64,000 bases of DNA from Lama guanicoe. Lineage: Eukaryota. The translations under genes were made by a program, and so were the position numbers. Location: NCBI GenBank assembly GCA_013239625.1, contig MU054187.1, positions 18,406,711-18,470,710 of the forward strand, written 5' to 3'. Below the pieces are notes generated by a model. The model did no database searches. It saw only the letters and a program-made list of their open reading frames with translations, and was not told the origin of the DNA. Shown piece by piece: positions 12,704 to 25,804 of the stretch (position 1 is its first letter; each line of letters starts with the position of its first letter).

Positions 12704-13168
12704 TGGCGGACATTGTGCTTGGCTCCCTAACATCCATTCCACCTGCCCCCTCCCCCAGCCCCCTCCTCCGAGTCAGCCGTAGTGATCTCATCTCCCGTGC
12801 TGTGCTAGTGACCGATGGGTTCAGGGGTGGGCAGGTCTAAATCAATCCAGGACAAAGAAACCTGAGATGAGGCTTGTTTCTGACTGCTCAGAAAAAGAAG
12901 CCAATTTCTCCCTCCCAACCCATGTGAACAGAAACACACCCCTGGGGAAGCCAACTATTGATGTGATGGGAAGCCAGCCTTAGGATGAAGCCAACACTGT
13001 GGATGGCAGAGCGGAAAAACAAGGGATGCTGGGGTGCTGAACGTACCAACCCTAAAGCGGGTCATACCCTTAAGTCTTCTATTGTTTGGGAGAATACATT
13101 TCCTTTGTTTTTGCCAGCGTGAGGAACGGTGTCAATTCTGTGCAATGGAAATCATTCTCACCGATGTA
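12704..13168 (+). mobile_element. Old MaLR LTR (MLT1J/K-like) nested in an L2 (12590-12700, 13170-13320)
   Basis: GGATGAAGCCAACACTGTGGATGGCAGAGC motif and MLT1-type 3' end. Confidence 0.7.
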
Positions 13169-13929
13169 TTCTGCACATCCGAACAATCATTAAGTCCAGT
13201 CTGTTCTTCTTAAATATTGCAAAACCCACTCACCTGTCTCCATCCCCATTACTAATAATAATCTCATTCAGGCCGCCGCGGAGGTCTCCTCTGAATTACT
13301 GCAAAGCCTCCTATTTCCAAAATCCCTTGGTTCATTTAAATAGGACTGAAAAGAAAGAAAGAAAAAAGTGTGGAAGGATGAGGCTCTGGCGGGCGCAGCA
13401 AGAATTGCCTTGTCTAGTCAGCGGACGGACTTCGAGTGAGTGCCACCATGCCTCAGCCCGTCCTGAAAAGCATCGAGGAGGCAAACCTCCATTCTGAGCT
13501 CCTCTAACCTCTGGGTCTTTCATCGAGGGGGCTACTGAGACCACCTACCCTTGGTCTTGTCACTTCGCTCATATCCTTATCTGTGATCTGTCCTTTCTAT
13601 AGCTTGTCTGCTGCCTTGGAATGACCCCAAATGATGCATCCTCAGCCCAGGTTATAGTTGTCTCCGGCCTCTGGACCTGGACCAGCCTTTGTGATTTGGC
13701 TTCACTCGGATACATCAGGGCCATCTAGCCAGGGAACGGGGTTATTCCCATCAGTCCTAATATCAGTTCAACTCTACAGTTGTTAAGCACCTGCTCTGTG
13801 CTGGGAACATTCTAGGCCTTAAAAGGACAAACAGTGACCATGTCCTGCTGTCTCCACTCCATAGCAGTGCTCGAAATATTTAAAAGAATCAAAGATACAA
13901 TGATGGGGTGAGGGTGGGGGCCGGAGGTT

Positions 13930-14020
13930 GGGGGAGGGCACAGCTCAGTGGTAGAGCACATGCTTAGCATGTACAAGGTCCTGGGTTCAATCCCCAGTAC
14001 CTCAATTTAAAAAAAAAAAA
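13930..14020 (+). mobile_element. tRNA-Ala-derived camelid SINE (vic-1 type), short form
   Basis: A box AGCTCAGTGG, B box GGTTCAATCC, poly(A) tail. Confidence 0.85.
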
Positions 14021-14144
14021 GGATAAAAATGACATCGATCATGTTTTAGACTGAACTCCAGCAGCTCACAATCTATTGCAGAGATACACACAAAGTCAGT
14101 CTACTGCGAGGTTCACTGGTCCACCTACAAAATACAGAAATAAA

Positions 14145-14330
14145 AATAATAACATTTACTGACGCTTACTGGACTCAAGGCACTGTACTAAGAGCTTTAC
14201 CTTTATTCACTTCATCGTCACCATGACTCTTGACACATGCACTAGCTATCCATATTTTACAGGGGAGGAAACTAAAGCTCAGAGAGGTCAAGTGAGTTGC
14301 CCAAAATCACACAGCTGATAATGTGGAGAA
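14145..14330 (-). mobile_element. MIR
   Basis: TTTTACAGGGGAGGAAACTAAAGCTCAGAGAGGTCAAGTGAGTTGCCCAA. Confidence 0.8.
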
Positions 14331-14627
14331 GATGAATTGGAGAATGGAGAAGAGAAATATTTATTTAGCTGGGAATCTGAAAAAGAATCAGGGAAAAGTG
14401 GGTTTTGAGCTAGATCCTTGGGATGGGTAGATATTCAACATGCCGGGGATGGGGGATGGGAAATGTATGTTCTCAATGAGGGAACAGCATGAGCAGGCTT
14501 CCAGATGGAGACTGCATGGTGCGTTCAGAGGATGACAGATAGCCCCACAGGGCTGAGAATAGGGTACGCCAGGGAGGTGGCTATGGCGAGAGTTGAGATA
14601 GGATGGATGGTTGGTAATTCAACTACA

Positions 14628-14880
14628 GAGGGTTCCTAACGGCCCACCCAGCTTTCAGTCTCTCCTTTTCCCTCATAATTTGTTCTGGAATCTGCCAGCC
14701 CTATTCAACCCAAGTACTCCAGGTGAAATTTACTCTACACCCACGTACAAGGTAGTTCACGGTTTACTTAAACCAATCAACACGTTTCACTCCCCTGCCC
14801 ACAAAGATGGGTTCAAGGTTGGGCCTGTGACCAAGGCCTATTTAATCAAGTGAATCTATGATCCTTGCCCAGCCCTGGGA
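14628..14880 (+). mobile_element. Old MaLR LTR fragment
   Basis: AACCAATCA...GGTTCAAGGTTGGGCCTGTGACC motifs. Confidence 0.5.
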
Positions 14881-14895
14881 CAGAAAGAAATTTCA

Positions 14896-15050
14896 GGGGG
14901 AGGAAATAGCTCAGTGGTAGTGTGTGTTTAGTGTGCAGGAGGTCCTCAGTTCAATCCCCACTACTTCCACTAAAAAATAAATAAAAACCTAATTATCTCC
15001 CCCCACCAAAAAAAAAAAGAAAGAAAGAAAGAAAGAAAAGGAAAGTAAAA
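14896..15050 (+). mobile_element. vic-1-type SINE
   Basis: tRNA-like head, AAACCTAATTATCTCCCCC body, A/(GAAA)n tail, imperfect TSD GAAATT(T/C)CAG. Confidence 0.85.
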
Positions 15051-16544
15051 ACGAAATTCCAGAAGTCGTTATAGCTTTAAGGTAACAGAATGAATGGGTG
15101 CCTAAAGATACTTAACACAGACTGGGATAAAAATCAGCCAAACAATCAAGCACAGATCTCTTTGGGATTTCTCCAAAGCCTCATCATTCTCACAACCCAG
15201 GTGCACTGTATCCCCCTTTCCTCTTCCAAGGGGTGCCCCTGCGGAGCCCTGTGCTGTCAGAGGGCTGAGTCTCTCTCCAATCTGTCTTCTGTGCTTCTAG
15301 TGGGAGGTCTCCAGGGGCTTCCCCGCCAGAATCCACACCAGAGACTGAAAGAAAAGGGCAGAGCTCACATTCACACCTTCCTTTCCCTGGTCACCAGTCC
15401 CATCAGGTCCCCTGACTGCCACGTGGCATAGCAGTGCGCGCACAAAGCCAGGTCCCCAGGGGCTGGTGCCACCTCTGAGGAGAATCACAGTGTAGGAGGA
15501 CAGTGGACTTTCCTGCTCGGGTCAACGTCCCTTGAACCATATAAAGGAAACACTTCAAGGCACTGGCCTCCCAGGAAAGGGCCCACTCCAGGATGTGTCT
15601 TGTCTTTTGTTTGCCCCTAACTACTTTTAAACTACGCCCAACGTGCCAGACTCTGGGGCACTAGAAACACATCTAGAAACAGAACTTGGCGGCACTAGAA
15701 ACACATCAGTGGTAAATAAAAACACCCGGTGCCTGCCCAGGTCTGAAAGCTGGGGGTGATGAATCAATCCTTCTGCTAAGTTTACGCACCCTCACCAGTG
15801 AGAGAGCCAGACCTCCTGCTTCCTCGCTCCGGGACCTGAAGGGCATCTCTTACTTAATTAACACTAAGATCTAATGCTAAAATGCTCATCTTCCCCAGCA
15901 TAACACTGTCTAATAACATATGACGATTGGATATTTTTCTGATCAGCAGGATTCAGGCTTGTTCTCCACGGGGAGGGGCAGTGAGTCTGATGCCAAGCGT
16001 CGCCTCTGCAAATAAACAAGGAAATGACTCCAGTGACATTCTTTGGATTCAGATTCTGTCTGACCAAAGGGGACGAAGAGTAGGGGTTGGGGGTGGAGTG
16101 GACTTCATTTTCCGGATGCCCTGAGCTCTGTGGGCATTTTCGAGGAAAAGGGAGAGATATACTGACGTTTTCTGGGTGGGACTCAAGAACATCTCTTGAT
16201 TAACTTCACACTTCTGAGACCAGCCTTTGTAATAGCCCTGAAGCAAATGATAACAAATTCCATTGTCACAGAGTCTGAATCAATGAGCTTTTGCTGAATG
16301 TCTGGGTTGTGGGTGGAGACGCCAGACGCTGGTTGAGGCGGAGAGACTGGCTGGAGGTGGCTGCTCACTCGGTCCTCTGACCTTCCGCCCGGTTCGGTTG
16401 GGCGCACAGGGTTAACAGGCTAAACCAGCACGAGGACAGGGCATCAGTGCTCCCTGCACAGACTCCAGGCTCCCGCAACCACCTCACCGGACACAGGGCC
16501 CAACCCAGCGAACTGTCCATCCTACTCGGTCTAAAGCCAAGGGG

Positions 16545-16790
16545 CTGTGGTTTCAAAACTGATGGCCACAGTCCACTCAGTTTCATAGGTTATGACCGAT
16601 ATTCTTTAAAAAGAAGAAAAAGAGCAGCGTATAGTAGGAAATATCAGAATGCATTGCACGAGGTAAAGGTCACTACTGTTTTATGAAACTTTTGTTTCAG
16701 GCAGGCAGAAGGTGGGTGAGTGACAGGTCCTCACCGCGGGCTGGGTCACGACAGCCAGCGCATTTCTACCGAGGACCTTGGTCAAAACAG
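16545..16790. mobile_element. hAT-Charlie remnant
   Basis: AAATATCAGAATGCATTGCACG...TGAAACTTTTGTTTCAG...GGGTCACGAC. Confidence 0.5.
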
Positions 16791-17809
16791 ACAAGGGGTG
16801 AGGTGCGCTCTCCTTAGTGTTCAATCCCCTTTTCCATTTTGCTCTTTTTAACCCTGATTTCTCACAGTTGCTGATAAACAGTGTGTTTCGCTCATTTTCC
16901 CACCATCGTTTTCCCGAAAGCCATCATCAAGTCTGTCTACCCCGTCAGGACCTCACTTGCCTTGAAGAGTTGACTTAAAGACATACATTGCTTTGACAGG
17001 TGAGAGCAGCCTAGGAAATGTGTCGTTCACAACATTCCAAACATTTTGCAGAACTTAAATTGATCTCTCGCACACACACACACACACACACACTTTTCTT
17101 TTTCTGGTAAAGGTAGCAAATTGTAGATTGATTTTAGAATCTGGCCTAAGATTCATCAGGGTCCCATGCGTCTTGGCACGCTCCATTTCTAGGCTTCTAA
17201 AACTCGGCATAGTTGCAAAGGCCTCGTGTGGCGGGTGAGCTGGGTGACCGCATCGCCCTGCAGCTTGTGCAGTGGCTGAAACAGACCCACTCCCGGGGCC
17301 TTTGCTGCCGCCAAAGGGTTAATCCTCCCCGAGCTGAGCTGGACATGGTGTGAACCACAGCCTCCCCCTCGCAGCTGTCTGAGCTTTTCGTGAACCTGAC
17401 AAGAAGCACTTCTGTCTGACCTAGCCCTCACCTGTTGCAACGTGACTTTGCTTCATTCATTCACCGTCAGACCATCAGGGGACAGTTCTCGAGCCCCTGC
17501 AATGGGCTGACCCGTGCAAGAGGCTCTGTAGAGGCTGGGGTGCAGACACTCACAGCCCAGCTGCAGGGACAACCCACTCCCAAATCACATGCCAGGTGGT
17601 CACCCGTGTAATAAAGGCGGTGGGCCTCTAGGTACACAGGGAGGGGACTTACAGGGCTGGGCCTGGCAGGGGTGGTATGGCTCCCAGCAATGCTGGTTAG
17701 GATTTGAAGCTGTGGAGATAGAGTCAGAGAACTGTTGGTCTCTCCTTCCCAAGAGTAACTTTCCCCAACCTTCTTTTCAGAGTCTTGGTTCAATATTCTC
17801 AATTAATTT

Positions 17810-17900
17810 TTTTTAATTTAAAAAATATGTTTTATTTTTAGACCCTTTTTTAGGTTCATGGCAAAACTGAGCAGCAGGTACAGAGATTTCTCATATACCT
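17810..17900 (-). mobile_element. L1MC/MD-type 3' end fragment
   Basis: TTTTAGGTTCATGGCAAAACTGAGCAGCAGGTACAGAGATTTC. Confidence 0.7.
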
Positions 17901-18956
17901 GATTTTTCTTTTTATATCCAATTTTTATCCCTTTCATCAATTTCATCATTGAAGCCTGTCTATTTTCTCTTTCTCCCTGTGCACTGCATTAAGTTCTATG
18001 AAAACAGGGATTTCATCTGTTTCCTGCTCTCAGCAGCTATCCACTAATAGAGAATATTTGTTCAGTAAATGTGTGCAGCCCATTTTCTCTGGGCTTCATT
18101 AGGCTGAAATGGGGACTGGGGCTAATGTTTAAAATGAGTTCCAGGTATGAGCACTGAAACAGACATCTCATTCTCGCCTCCTGTGGTAGTATCTCCATCC
18201 CCACCAGGTCTCTCCAGCTTATATCTCAGAGTTTCTGGAGATGTCTTCCATGTGCTCTGGAATGAGTTGCAGTGGATGCAGCTACCTCACTGGGGACCAC
18301 AAAAGGCTACAGAAGTCCTGTGATCCCCTACCCACTCCATGTATCAAGGCTGTGGATGTGAGCCATGAAGAAGGGGAAAGAACGTCTCTTCCTCCCCGTG
18401 TGTCACCTCTGTTACACAGGTTGCAAAGCCACGTGGCTTTGTGTCTTATATTTGGAGGATCTGTAGTGAAAATACTTCTTCTCATATTTACTTAAAGCTC
18501 CTTAAGACAAGGGGAAGCATTCAGAATCTCTTCTCTCTGCAGATCATTGAGACTTTGCTATTGAGCTCAACTTATTAGCCAGAATCTTCCCTAGAGTAAG
18601 GGACCCCCACCAGGCTATTCAGTGTCCCCTGCAAAAGGGACCACTCTGTTAACTGGTCAGCTGTTACTAGGCACATATAGATTCCAGCGGTGACCATGTC
18701 CAACCTTGAGAACCACTACTAAATCTCTTCTTTTAAATAGAAACTTGGGCTGGTATAGAAAATTAGCATGAGCCTGACCAAGCCTATATACACGCCATTC
18801 ACTTGTGTGTGGCCAGGAAGCTCAGTGCATCCAGATGACGTGGCCAGTGGCTGAAGCCTGTGGAAGGACACTTAGTTTATCTCTAAGTGGACATTCTGCC
18901 AGTTGAGCCAAGGCAACTTTGAAAGGGAGTGTTGTCTGAGTGGGAAAGAATGTGAA

Positions 18957-19043
18957 ATATATATATGTATAATTGAATCACTATGCTGTACAACAGAAAT
19001 TAACACAACACTGTAAATCTACTATACTTCAATTTTAAAAAAA
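18957..19043 (+). mobile_element. L1 extreme 3' end
   Basis: GAATCACTATGCTGTACA...CTATACTTCAAT + A tail. Confidence 0.8.
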
Positions 19044-19079
19044 TTGTTTTGAATAGAAAAATAGATAAAGAGAAAAATC

Positions 19080-19370
19080 AAATGTTTATGCCTGGGATAC
19101 TTCAATATTTAGATGTAGAATGGAGGTGAGGAACCCAGCAAAGGGGACTGAGGAGGAGCATCTAGGGAAGTGATAGAAAAGCCAGCAAGCTGTGAGAAAA
19201 GAAATGTTTTAAGGAGGAGAGTCATCAGCTCTGCTGAGTGGTGTTAAGAGGCTGGGGAAAATGAGACAGGAAGAGACTGTTGGGTTTCGCTCATCAGATG
19301 TACTTGGTTATCTTGCTAACAGCAGTCTCAGAAGAGAGGAGAGGCAGAAGCCTGATTTGAGTGAGACCAG
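19080..19370 (-). mobile_element. L2 fragment
   Basis: GAGGAACCCAGCAAAGGGGACTGAGGAGGAG and related L2-antisense motifs. Confidence 0.6.
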
Positions 19371-20046
19371 ATCACTTGGGGGGACTCAGCAACCAGCCTG
19401 AGGGCAAACCCTGGAGGAATTCTAACATAGCGTTGAGAACACAATGTAAGGAGAAGGATGCTCTCCCAGAGTAACTATGAGAAAGGGCAATCATTTAAGT
19501 GAATTAACTGATGTACTTGTTTAATTTCTAGTCTCCCTTCTCCAAAGTGTCACCAGGCATTGACAACTTTCTGTACTGTGCTGAAAAATTCCACATCTAC
19601 AGCTAATAAACACAGTGTACAAGTGCACTAGCGATAACGCACAAATGAAAATGTGCACCGGGTGTCAACAATGAACCGAAGCATGATCTCAACTTACTAC
19701 CTATTCTTCACAGAAAAATACACCTGACAAAGGAAAAAAAAAAACCTTTAAAATCACACCTTTTTTTTTCCATTTCAGGCACAATTTTTTTTATTGCTTT
19801 GTTTTGTTTTGAAATCAATAAGAGAAACTGAATCCTAGAAGCCTCAGTGATCTAAGCAGCAAGTAAAATTACATCTTTAATATTGGATTAAGGGAGAAAT
19901 AAAATTTTCTTTCTTGTATTTAACTCATTTTCATTCAAGATACTGTTTTACTCCATTGCCTAAAGTGTAGGGGAGGGGGCAATAAATGCCAGTAAGTAGG
20001 AAACACTAAGGTAAATTTTTTAAAATATTTCTCTTCTATGAGAATC

Positions 20047-20427
20047 AAGTCAGACAAAGACAAATATCATATGATATAAATTATATGTGGTATCTAAAAA
20101 TAATGATACAAATGAACTTATTTACAAACCAGAAATAGACTCACAGATGAAAATAAACTATGGTTACCAAAGGGGAAGAGGGGAAGGGAAAAACTAGGAG
20201 TTTGGGATTAACATATACAATAGATAAACATATAAAATAGATAAACAATAAGGACCTACTGTATAGCACAGGGAACTATATTCAATATCTTACAACAAAC
20301 TATAGTGAAAAAGAATCTGAAAATTTATATATATATATATCTCTCTCTGAATCACTTTGCTGTACACTTGAAACTAACAGACTCTAAATCAACTATACTT
20401 CAATTAAAATAAATGAATAAATAAAAA
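20047..20427 (+). mobile_element. L1 3' UTR (artiodactyl type)
   Basis: AATGAACTTATTTACAAA...GACCTACTGTATAGCACAGGGAACTATATTCAA; imperfect TSD ATATTTC(T/G)CTTCTA. Confidence 0.9.
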
Positions 20428-21892
20428 TGTTTAAACATATATATTTCGCTTCTAAAAAGAAGCTCCTCAGCACAGTAGAAAGAGAGTCCTGGTCAAGGAG
20501 CCAGGAATTCTGACAAATCCAGGATTTGGGTCTTACCCTGTTATTAAGTTATTATGTATTCCTAGGCACGCCCCTCAAAGGCCTTTTTCAGCTCTGAACA
20601 CATGCAGTATTTTCCTATCTCTCTCTTACCTGCACTGCAAAATTCCCTTTTCTAAGCTTTTAGCAGTAAATGAGCACTTTTAGCCCTTTATTACAGGAAA
20701 GTATGTCATTTTTTTCTACATAAAGAAATACTTTAAAACATTATATACCTTAGTGATCCTTCATGTATTAAATCCATGAGAAAAGATAAATTTGGTTCAC
20801 TGCTACAGAATAAATTCTCCTCCTAATTATTTTGTCTATTTGTGCAATTCAAAATGTGAACAGTACAATCATTTGTATTTTTGGTATTCACGTAACATTA
20901 GTACTTCATAAATATGAATCATGCTATTAGCTGTGTGTATTGTGATGCTATCTAATTACTGTCATTTGCATACTACACAACTCATCTTAAATTGTCAAAA
21001 GATTAAAAGAAATATTGAAAAGTACACTGCACATTTCCATCTGCAAAGTGTGGCATATTTGAACTTCATCTTTAAATATATGTAGGAAAGATTTTTTTAC
21101 TAAGTTAAGTACACAGAAACCATTCCCTGTTCAGTCAAGTCAACAAAATCCAGGAGGAACGCACAACTAACTCCATGCAATAGAAAGATTATAAAATTGT
21201 TTTATTCTAGACAGAAGGAAGACTTTTTTTTAACATTTGGAGATTTAGAAGTCTTTTTTCACAATCTGGATTGTTTTAAAAGAAACCTAGGGGAAACAAT
21301 GGTGGTAAGGTTTCATTTAAATATGCAAAAGCAAAAAGATCGTGGAATGAGGATTATAGCGTCTGTTTATATAATATTTGAGATCATTAATCATGTGAAT
21401 CTTTGATAAAAGCAATAAAAATGCACGATACTGCAAAGTAGCTTTGGTCCGTGTTTTTAATACTTGGATTCTAAGGAGGGTTGGCCATGACAGTGGCCAT
21501 CCAGTGTGTAGAAGTTCATGACACCAGTCCCACAGAGGACCCCACCTCCTGCCAGGGGCAAAACTGTTTAAGAATTATGCTTGTTGTGGAAGTGGTCATG
21601 GAAACTGTCTTTTGGGAAATGATACACAGCTTTAACCATAGTAGTTTCTTCTGGAGGCACGAGAGCATTATTTTCTTCTTTCACAATAATTCATTCTAAA
21701 CCAAGAAGCCATTTGGGAAGAGGAAAAAACCAAGAAAATTTATTCTATTCAGATGGAGAACCATCAGCAAGGAAAACAGAGTTAACAGCAGATTCATTTT
21801 TAATACTTCTCAGGTGGACCTCCCTAGACGGTTTGCTTTCCCAGTATTTCACCCAAATAAGTGCTTGTGCTCTGGGCGTGCTGATCTGTCTA

Positions 21893-22091
21893 CAGTGCTT
21901 CTCAAAGGATCATATCCCAGACCAGGAGCACCAACATCAGCAGGGAACCTGCTAGAATGCAACTCCTTGCACCCCACACCAAACCTACTAAATCAGACCT
22001 GCTAAATCCAGTCCGGTGTGGAGTCCAGGGACGCATATTTTAACATGTCCTCTGGATGATTCTGTTACACGCTGAGTGTTGAGAACCACTG
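21893..22091. mobile_element. MER5A-like hAT element
   Basis: TIRs CAGTGCTTCTCAA / TTGAGAACCACTG. Confidence 0.88.
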
Positions 22092-22396
22092 GTCTCCCTG
22101 ACTCTCACTCCATTCATTTTTTCCTTCCTAATAATGCTCTTCCTTCAGCCCTAAGCATCTAACTAGACCCCACTCCTCCTCAAGCCTGGCCCAGCTGTTT
22201 CTTTGAAACTTGACACCTCCCTTACTTGAAATAACATTTATCATTTACATACCACAATTAAATATTACCTATATCTGAAGGGATTTACCCATACCTTGTC
22301 TTATATTGTCCTCTAAATTATTTCTTACATGTATTTCTATAATCCCTTTAACTGACTTGAAACCTGCCTCTTAAAGGCAGGGAATTACGTCCTTCA

Positions 22397-22591
22397 CAGT
22401 TGGTCCTCCATATCCCTAGGGTTTGTATCCATGGCGTTTGCAACCGTGGATTCAACCAACCACGGACACAGTGGAGGACCAATTGTATTCATTGTTCTTC
22501 ACCTTTTCATATAAGGGACTTGAGCATCTGAGGATTTGGGTATCTGCAGGGGCTCCTGGAACCAATCCCCGCAGATACTGAGGGGCAACTG
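22397..22591 (-). mobile_element. MER2-like TcMar-Tigger MITE (short form)
   Basis: CAGTTGGTCCTCC / GAGGGGCAACTG TIRs, TA on right flank, ATATAAGGGACTTGAGCATC core. Confidence 0.85.
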
Positions 22592-24595
22592 TACCCTCCT
22601 ACTTCCCACAGCATCTATCAGCATTTAAGCCTTTGTTCCTTCCCCTTACCGGCCCTTTTCTTCTTCCCACCAACTTCCAAGTGTCCAAATTCTACCTATT
22701 TTTCAAGGTTCTACCCAAATCTCATTTTCTGTACCTGGCTTTCTCTCTACATAGACCTATTTTTCTTCCTTGGAAAAATCATAGCTTTATATCTTTTCAG
22801 TTTTCTGCTTCATATTACAGTCATTTGTTCATGTCTTCTCTTGCTCATCACTGAAGTTGGAGATAATTGTTCTAAACCACACTTTTGAAAAACGGGGAAT
22901 GGGGAGAATAATTTAGCATGCTTCGGGGCATGCATGTATAATTAGTTTATTTTCCCTCAGTATTGAATGAACTCTGATTTTTTGGTAATCCGACTATTTA
23001 CATAGGAAGTAACTCTCACATTTCAGAGAGATGCAGCATTTCTCCTAGGCGCATCGGGGGTCTGGAACAGGGGTTGTGTGCTGGAGACAATTGCTGCAAT
23101 TTGTGTGGTCTAATAAGTGGTCTCTGAAGATTAGACATGAAGTAACGGGAATCTGCAGGAAATCGAGCCGTAAGGAAACCAGGGCGACTTGAAGTCACAT
23201 GGGTGAGGAAGAAAAGAGCCTCACCCCAGGGTAAGGACCAGTAGCAGAAGGTTTAATTGTTACCATGTCACGGTGTGAACCCACTGTGTTGCTGCCTGAG
23301 CTAATGGGAACCCGATGCAGCCAGCTTCCTGAACTCCCCAGTCCTGACTTCAAACACAGCAGCCCATCCTGCAGGACCAGGCAGGCTGGAGTCCCAGGTT
23401 TATTTCCTCTCTAACAAAGGAATGCCCCACTCCACCTTCATCAGCTAAAATAGGCTGTACTGGGACTGTGGCAGGGCTCTGGGACCAACCCTCCTGTTTT
23501 TCCCATTTAACACTCAATTCTAACTCCCCGACCCCCCACCTTGAAAGTCTTCTGGACTTAGTAGCCCCCCAAGAGCCTCTGTGCTTGCTTACAGACCCAG
23601 GAGCGAGAGAAAGCTCACAGGTCGCTTGCCAGCAAATCCCACTGCGCCAAACAGTAGCGCAAATCAGGTGGCCATATGTGTGCAGGAAAATCAGGTGCTG
23701 AAGCTGCATCACTGACGGGGATGGGCAACACCAGGAAAGAGAGTTTGAAGGGGGACCTGAAACCTTCCAAGTCTGGTTCTCCTGTTTCTACCTACATCCA
23801 TCGCTTCCGTTTCACCACGGCTCCTGACAGGGAAATGCCAAAGTGTCAGGCAAAGAATCCCTCCTGTTTATGTGACTGGAAAGTGTTTACAGCCTCTGGT
23901 GTTTGGGGTCAGCCCCAAGCCCCAAGCCCCAAGGCAGGCAAGCGTTATCCCAGGGCTATTCTGGAACATCAAGCTTCCTGAGCTCCTTTTCTGATTTCAG
24001 TTCCCACAGGCAGCTTTGGTGTTTCTCCTGTGCTGAGATTTCTAAAGTTCCCTTTTTTCCACAGCGCTTCTCGACATGCAAACTCCACACTAGGGTGAAA
24101 ATGTAGGTGTTTAAGATAGACTGCAACAGCTGGGATAAACTGCCTCTTAAAAGGCCGTCTTAATGAAATGCATCCCTTTATATTTGAGGCATTTGTAAGC
24201 AGAATGGGAATGCAACTTGAGAAGATTATGTGATAACCAGACTATATCCTGTCGAGAGAGAGTGTTTCTCTAATAACACAAAGATGAGCTTCTAGATAGA
24301 CTACCAGATAGCCGTCTTCCGCCCAGCAGCTCCCATCATAAATCTTCACTCTTACTCAGGTTTTCTGTAGATTTTCGAGGATAGAGCTCATTTCCCTGGA
24401 GAGACAGGACTAAGGAAAGGTCTGGAATTTCTCTAGTTAAAAAAAGCCACCCTTCTGCTTAATTGACATTTGTTCCATCAGAATCAATATCCTGCAGAGA
24501 GCGGTTTTCATTGTTCTAAATTCTGTTTGCAGGTGGCAGAGCAAAGATACGGTTCCTGATAAAGACTTGCTGAAGAGGAAATGAAAATACTCCTC

Positions 24596-24604
<9 letters not shown>

Positions 24605-24640
<36 letters not shown>

Positions 24641-24657
24641 AAGAAAGAAAGAAAGAA
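24605..24657 (+). repeat. Poly(A) + (GAAA)n
   Basis: Directly visible. Confidence 0.95.
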
Positions 24658-25269
24658 GGAAAGGGGAAAAAAGGGCTCCCAAACTCTCCTTTTACAAATA
24701 AGCTTCCTTTTGTGAGATATTCTGCCTGGCTTTGCACTCTCAAGAAATCTCAGTAACCTGACAGTGAAACACCACCTCTCTTTCCAGCGTTATCTATTTT
24801 TTTCTCACTGAAAGGGCTCAGCCATTTACTAAGCGCCTAATAAATCATCGGTCCTCTTTGAACCTTAGTTTCTTTATCTTCGATACTACTTCTCCACGCG
24901 GCAGGTTGTAGATGAGGTAGCGTGTTTGCAATGACCTAACCCATGGTGGATACTCGTAGTATCTTCCCTACTTCACTTGATTTATCTACAGAATGGAGAG
25001 AGAGCGGGTGGGTATTTGAACTGGGTTCAAGTTCTGACTACTTTATTTTTCATGAAGTGGCCCTAGACAAATCCGCTCACCTGGCATCTTCCCCAAACTC
25101 CGATCTCATCTGTAAAAATAGAATAATGATACCTCTCCTCATTTTAGAAAGGGCTTAGGAGAGCCAGATGAATGATTTATAATACTTGTAATAGGTATTT
25201 GTGTATTTGTAAACTGTCAAGTACGTAAATCTTGTTAGTTGTAATCATCCATCTTCTTCAGAATCAGAT

Positions 25270-25332
25270 AAAACAAATCAAACACTATAGAAACCACAAA
25301 TATACTTAAGAAATCAAACAACAATGTTTATT
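25270..25332 (-). terminator. Poly(A) signal with GU-rich downstream element
   Basis: Minus-strand AATAAA (25332-25327) followed by TGTTGTTTGATTT...TTTGTGGTTTCT...GTGTTTGATTTGTTTT. Confidence 0.55.
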
Positions 25333-25804
25333 TCATAGAAAACAATTATTATTATTATGCTGTAGCTTTGACTTTNNNNNNNNNNNNNNNNNNNNNNNNN
25401 NNNNNNNNNTTTTTTACTTTTGGCTTTTTCCAATGAAGGCTTTTATGGAGAAGCTGTGCCCGCTGAGATATTCAAAACACAGGCTCTTGTGCTACAAGGA
25501 AGAAACCCAGAAAACTCAGGTCGCTTGAAGTTCAAAATATATGGATACTCAAATAATGTCTGAAACCCCATTTGAGTGGAGGATGAGTGGTGTTCACGGC
25601 ATTCCTCTTTCTCTGTTTGGGCTTCCCTAGCTTCCTGAGAGGGGTGATGGCGCTCGGAACCAGCGTAGGTGGAACAGCTGGAGATCATTCTCGCCTCCTG
25701 GTGTCACAAGCTTATCAGTGTTGATGGACAGAGGACATGAGGCCTTGCCTGCCTTGCTGACCACACAGAAAACACACTTCTCTATTTCAACTTCACTTAA
25801 AACA
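25310..25804 (-). pseudogene. Terminal pseudo-exon 13 with CCHC knuckle remnant and 3' UTR
   Basis: Acceptor ttcctatatatttcAG; CFK*S*NREVCFLCGQQG-(2-bp deletion at His)-GKASCPLSINTDK..., stop at 25627-25629; 3' end estimated from the poly(A) signal. Confidence 0.65.
25376..25409. other. Assembly gap (34 N)
   Basis: N run. Confidence 1.

Noticed and set aside
13930..14005. tRNA-Ala gene (also 26505, 36255, 55511)
   Set aside because: Degenerate stems, SINE body and A-tails: these are SINE heads, not tRNA genes.
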